Source: Corallochytrium limacisporum Hawaii
Lineage: Eukaryota; Protista; Pluriformea
Reading direction: 5' to 3'
DNA: 64,000 nt
Assembly: GCA_002811645.1 (NCBI GenBank)
Contig: PDIP01000072.1
Span: 22,945 to 86,944, forward strand
Shown here piece after piece: positions 21,634 through 31,228 of this stretch. How positions within the stretch are numbered: the stretch's first letter is position 1; each line of letters starts with the position of its first letter. The notes beneath the pieces were generated by a model that worked only from the letters and a program-made list of their open reading frames with translations, made no database searches and had not been told where the DNA came from. The position numbers and the translations under genes are program-made.

Positions 21634-23292
21634 TTACAGAACACCCGCATACGGCACGCCGGACAGGTAGTGCATATCCTTCTTCCAGGTCACCAGGTCG
21701 TCCAAGCAGAAATCACTGAAACTTTTGTGTCCACAGGCGCGAGCGAGTAGCTGCATCTGGTGCACACTGCCTTCAAAGAAGTTGGTCAGTTGCTTCGCAC
21801 TCTTCTCGACGTTTACTTTGACACGCAGTTTAGGGTCCATTGTCGCGATGCCCGCAGGGCACATGTTGGTGTTGCACATGCGCGCAGCGATACAACCAAT
21901 CGACTGCAGAGCCGAGTTAGCCACAGCAATGCCATCAGCCCCCAGGGCGAGGGCCTTCACAAAGTCTGCGGGTATACGCAGGCCGCCTGTAGCGATTAGG
22001 GTGACGTTGCGACCGACACCCTTAGCATCCAGGTGCCTACGAGCCCGAGCTAGGGCAGGAATTGTCGGTACGGAAATGTGATCACGGAAGATGGCCGGGG
22101 CGGCTCCGGTACCACCGCCACGGCCGTCAATAATGATGTAGTCCGCACTGGCGGCCAAGGCAAAATCAATGTCCTTCTCGATATGCTGTGCAGACAGCTT
22201 GAAACCGATAGGGATCCCACCGGTAATGTCTCGGACGTGGTCTGCAACCTTCTTGAAATCTTCCGCACTATGTAGCTCCTTGAATGTTGGGGGACTGATA
22301 GCATCCTCGCCCTCCTTCAGTCCGCGAATCTGTGCAATCTTCGCCTTTACCTTGGCACCGGGCAGGTGTCCACCGGTGCCTGTCTTGGCGCCCTGTCCTC
22401 CCTTGAAATGGAAAGCCTGCGCTTTCTTCACGACTTCGTCTGAGTAGCCGAACTCAGCACTGGCCAATTCATAGAAGTAGCGGCTGTTGTTCTGCTGCTC
22501 CTCCGGCAGGCTACCACCCTCACCGCTGCAGATGCCTGTTCCCGCTGCCTCGGCGCCCCTGGCCAGAGCGGTTTTTGCCTCCTCACTGATCGCACCGAAG
22601 CTCATGTCTGTGACAAACAGAGGGATCTTCAGGGTCAAAGGCTTCTTGGCCCTGGGTCCGATCACCAGCTCCGTTTTCACAGGCACGTCCTCCATTAGTG
22701 GTTTGGTGGCCATCTGGGCCGTTATGATCTGGATGTCGTCCCATTGCGGCAATGTCGGACGTGGTACGCCCATGGCCACCATTTCTCCGTGGCCGTGCAG
22801 GCCTTCGCCTCGTGCAAGGGCCTTAATTTGACCAATTGTAGGTTCTTCTGGAGTGGATTCCGGATCACCTCTGGATCCGGCGGCCTGGACCTTGCCACCG
22901 GCGAGGTCTTCAATGTCACCGACCTCACTGTCCTTGATCTTGGCATGGGTGCCATCACAGAACGGTTGATTACCCGTTTTCTTACATTGACAGAGGAAAA
23001 CATCTTTGGACTCGTCCGGAGTGAACTTCATGGGCTTGAAGGCTGTCCCGGCATGGCTACCATCGCAGAAGGGCTGGTTCTTGCTAAGGCCGCACCTGCA
23101 CCAGTAATAGTCCTTGCCAGCTTCGACCGATACCTTGGCAGGCTTTCTGGCCGCAACTTTGGGGAGTTTGGTCATGGTCCTGAGTTGAGAGGTGTTCAGT
23201 ACTGGGCTACGTGCAAACAGGGGAAATGCACGGTTGTAGTTGGACAGAATCAGTCTAGGGTTCATCAAACGGAACAGATCTCTCAAGGCCAT
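21634..23292 (-). CDS. 2x CDGSH iron-sulfur domain + FMN-binding glutamate synthase domain protein (bacterial type) with N-terminal presequence
   Basis: WCRCGLSKNQPFCDGSH and LCQCKKTGNQPFCDGTH; MSFGAIS, SGEGG, KGGQGAKTGTGGHLPGAKV, IDGRGGGTGAAP, CIAARMCNTNMCPAGIAT. No amidotransferase domain. ATG 23292 (MALRDLFRL) preferred as start. Confidence 0.9.
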   Translation of the reverse strand: MALRDLFRLMNPRLILSNYNRAFPLFARSPVLNTSQLRTMTKLPKVAARKPAKVSVEAGKDYYWCRCGLSKNQPFCDGSHAGTAFKPMKFTPDESKDVFLCQCKKTGNQPFCDGTHAKIKDSEVGDIEDLAGGKVQAAGSRGDPESTPEEPTIGQIKALARGEGLHGHGEMVAMGVPRPTLPQWDDIQIITAQMATKPLMEDVPVKTELVIGPRAKKPLTLKIPLFVTDMSFGAISEEAKTALARGAEAAGTGICSGEGGSLPEEQQNNSRYFYELASAEFGYSDEVVKKAQAFHFKGGQGAKTGTGGHLPGAKVKAKIAQIRGLKEGEDAISPPTFKELHSAEDFKKVADHVRDITGGIPIGFKLSAQHIEKDIDFALAASADYIIIDGRGGGTGAAPAIFRDHISVPTIPALARARRHLDAKGVGRNVTLIATGGLRIPADFVKALALGADGIAVANSALQSIGCIAARMCNTNMCPAGIATMDPKLRVKVNVEKSAKQLTNFFEGSVHQMQLLARACGHKSFSDFCLDDLVTWKKDMHYLSGVPYAGVL

Positions 23293-24479
23293 CAAACTTA
23301 TGGCGCTCCGGATTATCCCAGTATTTCTGACAGGCCAAGAGGCTTTTATTATCCCCTTTGTCAGCGTCCCTTGATGTAGGTGATTGTTTCTTTCACCCGA
23401 TCGGTCCGCTTTCACCTTATCGCTCCCTCCGTCCGTACCGCTATCTGCCCTCCTCGTCTTCTGTTTGGTTGGTTGCACGAAAGTGAAAAAACAGCGGTGG
23501 GACTCATAATGCACCAGGAATTCCTTGTCATACGCCTTATGAGAGTAGAAAGGCCTTCGAATCGGACGTGCCTAGTGCCCTGGATCTTTGTGTGCCCTTT
23601 CGTATTTGGCGCAAATTGGCAGAATACACATCATATTCCCATGGATTTCAAGGCCGAGGGCAACAACAGGACAGTCCTCGCCTTTACATGCACTTGTGTC
23701 CACAGGCCAGTATCCCCACCGTGTTAACCCACTATGCAACCATTTGACATCAAAACAGCGAACGGGGATCGAAAATCAGTGCCACTACCACTCTGCTTCC
23801 AGTGTTGCTAATTGCGCAAAACCAAACATTGGGGACGTCCCTTTCTCTGAATCAATGGTATCATCAACTATTTCACATCCGCCACATTGGTTCTCCATCA
23901 CCATCTATGCCAACTCCCGCTACTCGTCATTTCATGGTTGTGGCGATGTGCTGAGGAGCTGTTGAAGATGTCCTGACGAGGCATTGGATGGTTCGTGTAC
24001 GGTAGCGGTAGCATACGCGAAGTCCAGCCTGGAATCTGTTCCTCCAATCTCCGGCCTAAGCATTAATTCTACCCCGCACGGGCGTTGTTTGGGCAGTCAG
24101 GTCTCTTCTGTCGATCTCAGGTATTCGTTCCGCCCCGAGTCAGCGAAAGAAGCACGAAAGACTAACACTGGCACAGTAGCTTCCACCTTTCTCCATACTA
24201 ACGCAAAATACTTTGGGTATACTCCTCTGGGCTCACAGGGACATTTTCGAGGGAATCGATCGCTAAGCAAAAGAATACAATCCGAAGCACCTTGATGGAA
24301 GGACGGGCGTACCTCCCCGTTTTCCCCGGCGAAAAGAAAAGATAGACCTGGAGGGGCAGTGTGTGCTTCGTTGGGGCCGGCGATGGCCTGATCCCCCGAC
24401 CGGCGGGTCCCATCTCTCTTCCCCTACCCCTTTTCCCCTCCCCCCCCTCCCTCTTCTTCGTTTCCTTCGTCCCCCCCCC

Positions 24480-24659
24480 NNNNNNNNNNNNNNNNNNNNN
24501 NNNNNNNNNNNNNNNNNNNNNNNNNNNNNNNNNNNNNNNNNNNNNNNNNNNNNNNNNNNNNNNNNNNNNNNNNNNNNNNNNNNNNNNNNNNNNNNNNNNN
24601 NNNNNNNNNNNNNNNNNNNNNNNNNNNNNNNNNNNNNNNNNNNNNNNNNNNNNNNNNNN
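24480..24659. other. Assembly gap (180 N)
   Basis: Run of N. Confidence 1.
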
Positions 24660-25305
24660 ACTTCTCCTGCCCCGGTCCCTCCTTCGCTGCTCATCTACCC
24701 GTCCCGCCCTTTCCTCTGTGACCTCTCTTTCCACAGTCTGAGCGCTCCGCACCGTCCTGCTGTTTGGCGAGAGGTCGGCAAGGGTGCAGCGTTGTGGTGC
24801 ACAGAAACAGGTGCCGGCGGTACGCACTGTGTACATCACAGCGGAACGGACACTCAGCCGACTAAGAGAGCATGGCAGGGCATGCTAGATCCTCCCACAA
24901 CCTCTGCAGTAATACCATTTAGAGATCATTCGGGATCAGTCGTGTCCATTTCATGTTTGAGCACAAGGGCCGGGCAAGGAGGCAATGGGCAATGTTGTAA
25001 ATTGCGGAATTCAGTCACTACCACTTGACCAAAGCGCAATCGGTCGGGAGGTTGGAAGATCTACTGGACTCGAGAAGGCTGACTGAATAAAGATAACATC
25101 GACGTGTCTCACACCAACTGGTGGGTAGTGGGGTATTTTGGAGCGATGGACGACGACTTTGTGTTCCAGGATCATGTCCTCGCAAAGGAACGAAAGCAAC
25201 TTGTATACGATGGACCTATATTTCTACCTGACTGTACTACTCATTGTTGTCATTGTAACCTTTAATTTCGTAGCAACAGAAGCGGACAACACTGATACCA
25301 AGATA

Positions 25306-26267
25306 ATGGTGAACCGGGGCACAGGCTTGCGTCGCATTGCAAATTCAAAGCCCAAAAGACCCGTGAGGGTGGTGGTTTCATCATTGCCGGCAGCGTCGGA
25401 AGTTCAAACATGGATGTACTTGATCCATTTTTGATGCTTGATCACATGGGGCCCGCAACTTATGGTCCCGGGGAAGGCATCGGTGCTCCTGATCATCCGC
25501 ACCGCGGCTTTGAAACTGTCACGTACATCCTCGAGGGCGAAATGCAACACGAGGACAGTGTTGGCAACAAAGGCCTGCTAAAGCCCGGTTGGTGCCAATG
25601 GATGACTGCGGGCAGTGGTGTCGTCCATAGCGAAATGCCCTCTGACAAGATTATGAAAGAAGGGGGAACGGTGGAAGGCTTTCAACTCTGGGTAAACCTG
25701 CCCGCTAAGGATAAGATGATCCCACCCAGATATCAAGACACGCCAGTGGAGAAGATCCCAAAGATCAAGAGCGAGGATGGAAGGACAGACATTGTGGTGA
25801 TTGCTGGAGAGAGCCATGGAACGAAGGCTTATATTGAAACACGGTCACCAATGTTGTATCTGGACATTAAGGTGGGTGCGGGTGCGAGGCACACTGAACC
25901 TGTTCCGAAGGATTTCAATGCTTTCTTCTATGTCTTCCGTGGCACAGGCAAAATCGCTGGTGAGAAGGTCGGTATTGGTAGCTACGGAAGGCTTGTCGAC
26001 GGTGAGGCGATGGATGCTGAGGCGGACTCTGACAGCGGCGATAGCGGCCTCCGTTTCCTTCTGATCGGCGGACTGCCCCTGAACGAGCCGGTGGCCCGCT
26101 ACGGACCGTTTGTGATGAATACGGAGGAACAAATTTACCAGGCCTTCGTAGACTTCCAAACAGGCCAGTTTGGCAAGATCGAGGGCAGCGAGAAACGTGC
26201 CAGACAAACGGAAGAGGCCCGGAAGATGCAGCAGCAGACGGGGCGATGGGAGCGTGACGAGATGTGA
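25306..26267 (+). CDS. Pirin family protein (bicupin); 5' end has a frame break near 25340
   Basis: DPFLMLD, HPHRGFETVTY, WMTAGSGVVHSEMP, GFQLWVNLP, EPVARYGPFVMNT. Pirin-like KTREGGGF lies in frame upstream of ATG 25410, but the ATG at 25306 is in a different frame. Confidence 0.88.
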
Positions 26268-26848
26268 AGAATGTAGTGTGCACTGCATCCGTCACTTGTT
26301 ATTGACCTTCCGCGATTAAGAAAAATAAACGTTTGTACAATACTTTGAGTTCTCAACATCTTCGCAATTGGTAAATCCCGCAGCCCAGGTGTCTGACCGG
26401 TAAGCTCTCCACCAGCCGTCATCACATCACAGAAGGTGTTCGTACTGGCAACCGCCTATCGTAATCATCCGGGCCTCCCCGAACCTAAAGTTGATTTCCC
26501 CCCTCCCCCTCCCCACCCGCCTGATGCAGAGGCGCCAAATCAATGCCTCCGGGACCCCACCGAAGGCGAGTACCCGCTGAGTTTTCGGTATCGGTGGCTC
26601 TCGCGTGCTCCTTCTTTGACGTAACGTTTGCACCACATGTATTTCAGAACGCATTCTGCGTCGATCCGTGTTTGTGGCACTTTATTTGTCCAATGGAAAA
26701 TAAATTGACATTCCGTGTTCACGTGTATTTTGAATATTTCGAGGCGAAGGAAAGGAGAAGAGCAAACTCGAGGGCCGCAATCCTTAAACAATAGACTTGG
26801 AAGTGGTATTATTCACGAGGAAACACAAGAACAGACTATAACACAGAA

Positions 26849-27328
26849 ATGAGTTCCGACGACGAAAACGAATTGAGCCTGCCTAAGGCAGCGCTGTACA
26901 ACTACGTCCAGAACTGCGTTCCGGAAGAATACTATGTCACCGGCGATGCGAAAGATCTCATCATGGACTGCTGTAATGAGTTCGTGCAGCTGATAGCCTC
27001 CGAGGCCAACAGTCAGTGTGAAAAGGAACAGAGAAAGGTTATAGTAGGGAAACATATCCTGGCTGCCCTGAATGCGCTGGGCTTTGAAGACTATGTCGAC
27101 GAAGTAAGGAGCTCAGGTGAGGAGGCAGAGAAGGCGGTCAAGAAGAAGAAAAAACCGTTGAAGGATCCCAAGGACATTGAAGCGCTGCGGCAGAAACAAA
27201 TGGAATACTTGGCGGCAGCACGGGCAAAACAGAGTCTACCGCCGATGCAATGGGGTACTGGAAGTGGGCAGCCACAAGCGCCGGGAAGTGCTCAACGGCC
27301 TGGCGGAAACGGTGCTGGAGGGCAGTGA
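26849..27328 (+). CDS. DR1: Negative cofactor 2 beta subunit (Dr1/NCB2), histone fold
   Basis: LSLPKA...DCCNEFVQLIASEAN..CEKE.RK...HILAAL..LGFEDY. Confidence 0.9.
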   Translation: MSSDDENELSLPKAALYNYVQNCVPEEYYVTGDAKDLIMDCCNEFVQLIASEANSQCEKEQRKVIVGKHILAALNALGFEDYVDEVRSSGEEAEKAVKKKKKPLKDPKDIEALRQKQMEYLAAARAKQSLPPMQWGTGSGQPQAPGSAQRPGGNGAGGQ

Positions 27329-27459
27329 CGACAATTCAACCGAAAGCATAAAAACCTTATGAACTATAATCATGATCAAAGAGTTGAGTCTTTCAGAAGC
27401 TTAACATGTCAGAGGTGGTCATATGTGTAGCACAGGAAAGATTTCACAACAGACAAAAC

Positions 27460-27786
27460 TTATTTGAGAGGGAATTGGCTGCCTTGGAAGTACTTCATCT
27501 TCTTGCCGTCGGCTGTGTACAGCTTCGGAATAACATTCTCTTTGAAATTCCGGAACGGAGGTGCCGCCCAGTGATCTTCCCAGGCCTTTTTGTCACGCCA
27601 TTCCTCGAAACAGGTGAAGATGCTTGGATTATTGAGATCTTGACCAAATGTGTAGCGTATGCAGCCATCTTCAAGACGACTCTGCCTGGCTAGCTCCGTG
27701 AAGATCTTCTTGGCGTCCTCTATCATGTCCTCCTTAACCTCAAGTGTGCCCTGAGCAAGGACGGTGCCTCCGGTCTCAACTGGCAT
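27460..27786 (-). CDS. ABM-domain (antibiotic biosynthesis monooxygenase / putative quinol monooxygenase) protein, copy 1
   Basis: SRLEDGCIRY...FEEWRD..AWEDH..APPF; 108 aa. Confidence 0.85.
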   Translation of the reverse strand: MPVETGGTVLAQGTLEVKEDMIEDAKKIFTELARQSRLEDGCIRYTFGQDLNNPSIFTCFEEWRDKKAWEDHWAAPPFRNFKENVIPKLYTADGKKMKYFQGSQFPLK

Positions 27787-28434
27787 GGTGTCTAGTATTG
27801 ATCTTTTTGGTGGTGTTGGTGGTGCTGATGATGATGATGATGATGATGGTGTACTACTCTGTCCTGATCACAGACTCCTTCTGATAGCCCTTAATTATGG
27901 GAACACCCTGCCTTTAATACAAGAGAATCCACACACTTTACCCCCGCGGACGCGTCCGTACACGTCGTCAGCGCAAACGCGAACCCGACGATGACAGAGA
28001 GATATGAACCTCGCTGCCTCTCTTCCGCTCCGTTCGCGTCTCCCAGGGAGGACGTCAATGCTGCAGACACAGGAGGGGGGGGAGGGGGGAGTGAGGAAGT
28101 GAAAGTGGTGGAGAGGGAAACTTGCATCGCCTGGGAAAGTATGCGCATAGTCAATTAATGAACTTTTATTTGATCACAGCTGCTCTCTCCGCTGTCTTAC
28201 TTGGTTAGGCTTTGTTTCATTCAATCGGCTGCTCCGACCGCGAGTGTGTGCGCAAAGACCCGCGATCGCGGGATGGCAAAAGCCATGCTCAATCCAGAAA
28301 TGCCAATCCGACGAACACCTCGTAACAAACCATTTGTACGTCGCAATCTGGGAATGGGGAGACGTGACGTCAGGGATGCAGACATTCACAAACTACCGAA
28401 CGCGCTAAAGGTTCCACCTCACAGCGATATCCAT

Positions 28435-28764
28435 CTACGACCGGATGAACTCGCGGCTCAGGAAGCCCTTCATGTTGTCGAAGCCCTCTTGTGTGTAAAT
28501 GATGGGAAAATGGACTTTGACATGATTCTGGAAAGGAGCTGCTTTGTGATGGTTCCTCCATGCTTCGTGGTCGCGCCACTCCTCGATGAGCGAGAATACT
28601 GTGGGATCATCAATATTCTGGCCAAAGGTGTACTGGGCGCAGCCGTCTTCGAGTTGAACCTCCTTGGCTAGTTCTCTGAAGATCTTCTTTGCCTCCTCAA
28701 CTTTATCCGCTTGAACATGCAGCGTGCCCTGGATGGCAACGGTGGTTCCGGCTTCGGTCGGCAT
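28435..28764 (-). CDS. ABM-domain protein, copy 2 (tandem paralogue)
   Basis: LEDGCAQYTFGQ...IEEWRDHEAWRNHHKAAPF. ATG at 28764 aligns with the copy 1 start (MPTEAGTTV vs MPVETGGTV). Confidence 0.85.
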   Translation of the reverse strand: MPTEAGTTVAIQGTLHVQADKVEEAKKIFRELAKEVQLEDGCAQYTFGQNIDDPTVFSLIEEWRDHEAWRNHHKAAPFQNHVKVHFPIIYTQEGFDNMKGFLSREFIRS

Positions 28765-30390
28765 GATGTCTAGTTCTCGATGGTTGGCACGATGATGACA
28801 TTGGCGACGATCACTAGTTGTTTCTTGCTGATCAGAGGGCTCTCTCATATCAACGGCGTGGTATCTTACATAGGTGATCATCCGCATGCTGCATGCATCC
28901 GTATGCATCGCCTGCACCGTATGTGATCCGCTGATGGTAATCGGGAGTTGAACACTTCGGCTTCGCAAGCCTCGTGCCTATAGCCGTCCCATGGAAGCGA
29001 TGTATGGAAAGCTTTTCAACACCCCAATGGGGAGGCTATCTCATCACGCAAAAACATTTACATAGTTAATTAATGGACGGGGGCTGGAGGACGGGCGGTG
29101 TTCTTGCTATCTCTCAGTCTCCTGTCTCTTCCTGGATCGAAGATGACACTACGTTGGTCTCGAAGGTCAACAAATGCGGAAAAAGACATATGTGTTCAAC
29201 ACACGCCATGCTGACTAATTGGCACGGGTCACAAACAGCTCTTACGGATCGGGGTTTGATTGACTCTATGAAAATGGGATCCCTCCACAGCACGTCCAAT
29301 CTTGAGAGCCATCTTCTCCTTTAGGGGATCTCAACCTGAGGGCGGCTGGGATCTCCTTACGTGCACTCTGGTCTGAGTCGCTGCCATGTGTGGCATTGCG
29401 CTGCATATTTGTTCCGAACTGGGCGCGGATCGACTGTGGTGCACTGCAACGGGCCTCCTCAGGATCTGTAGGTCCTATGAGCGCTCTCCATGCCAGTACC
29501 GCCTTCCTTTCGGAGACAGAGAGCGATACGGACAGAGTGAAGATCCTTTGGTTCGCCTCATAGAGTCCAATCTACCGCTCAGCTGGTGCACGGTGTTCAT
29601 GTCTCACTCAGTCACCCCACGCATGTACCGTCCGAACGCTCTCTCTTGCAGAGTGGCCCGGGGCTGCCTGCCAGCGGCCGCCGACCGGGGTTTCCCTCTT
29701 CTCCCCCCTTCTCTCTCTTTAGACCCTAGCATTTCTCCCGAGGGCGGGTCTCTGTCCCTGTCGAGGCAGGCATTGTATTCTGAAAATATAGAATCAGTGT
29801 ACTTTGCGAATCTATCGAAATAACACACAAAATTACACACAAATTTGAAACCTGTCACAATTTATTGGGAAAAGTTTTTGTCCCTCACTCTCATTCATAA
29901 ATTTTCTTGAATTTTCCAGCCCAGAAGCTAGAACGCCCGGCAGGGCGAAACTGCCTTAAGTTGTACTCAGAGTCCGGTTTCAGAAAGATCAAGTACTGAA
30001 AGTACTGGGTAACGATCGGTCCCGGTCTTTCAGTACCGGGGACCGTGGCAGAAGTGTGACCCCGGAAGGGGGCCCTTGTACCTAGGGCTCAAGCCGAGTG
30101 CCATATAATTGAAGGCGACACAGGCGCACTCACAGCCGTCGCCCGGGCCATTCGGTATGAGCAGTAGTAGTGGGGCTACTAGCCAGCAGAACTTGCCGCC
30201 CCTTTTCCTGTGTTTGGTTGCAGTACACACAGGTGAACATTCTCATAATGATATATGATAATGCTTCGGATAAATACCATGGTTCCTGCTATTTGAGAAG
30301 GTATCTCATGGAGAACGTGTGATTAGTTAAGGTCAGAGGATCAAATTAGTTTTCAGTCAGAACTAGGTCGGAAAATTAAATTCTGCAAAC

Positions 30391-30789
30391 ATGGGTAGGG
30401 TTCGCACCAAGACCGTCAAGAAGGCCGCTCGGGTCATCATCGAGAAGTACTACACTCGTCTGACTCTCGATTTCCACACCAACAAGCGCATCGCTGCCGA
30501 GATCGCTGTAATTCCCTCCAAGCGGTTGAGGAACAAGATCGCTGGTTTCGTTACACATTTGATGAAGCGCATTCAGAAGGGACCTGTGCGCGGCATCTCC
30601 ATTAAGCTGCAGGAGGAGGAGCGTGAGCGTCGTGACAACTACGTTCCTGAGGTCTCTGCTCTGGAGCAGGATGTTATCGAGGTGGATGCTGCTGTCAAGA
30701 ACCTGCTGAAGGATATGGACATGGACAACCTTCCCGGTGTCGAGGAGAAGAAGCCCGACACCTATGTCGGTCGCCCTCGCCGCGTGTAA
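30391..30789 (+). CDS. RPS17: 40S ribosomal protein S17 (eS17)
   Basis: [21 protein letters not shown]...[39 protein letters not shown]. Confidence 0.98.
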   Translation: MGRVRTKTVKKAARVIIEKYYTRLTLDFHTNKRIAAEIAVIPSKRLRNKIAGFVTHLMKRIQKGPVRGISIKLQEEERERRDNYVPEVSALEQDVIEVDAAVKNLLKDMDMDNLPGVEEKKPDTYVGRPRRV

Positions 30790-31228
30790 GAAGTCCCCTT
30801 TATAGTTATGGCCATTTGATTCTTAGTTTCACCAAAGAACCATAAGTTATATCAAACACACCAATCAGCATATCAAAACTTTCACAATGGGAGAGTATAC
30901 AGCGAAGCAGAACACATGAAGCAACGGAAAGTTAGGCACCTCTGTCAATGTCGGATACCCTAAACCCCCATGCAAAATGACAGTTTGCATTCGGAATATC
31001 TGAAATACGTGTACATGGTTTGCTGCGTGTCGGGTTCTAAGGTTGTTTGACCTGGTCTTTGTCACCGACTGCTCTGCTTTATGCTTTTGAGACGTGGCTT
31101 GCTCTCTCAAGATCATCATTTTCATCACCGTTTTTTCGTTTTACTTTCATGAAAGCCAGACCTCATTTGAATGCAAAGAGTGTCTGCTTTGTAAATCGCA
31201 TAGTCAATAAAATTACATGGACAATCCT

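Noticed and set aside
25138-25434. 98-aa ORF with a hydrophobic stretch as a separate membrane-protein gene
   Set aside because: The 5' part overlaps a T-rich, acceptor-like leader; the 3' part is better explained as the displaced pirin N-terminus.
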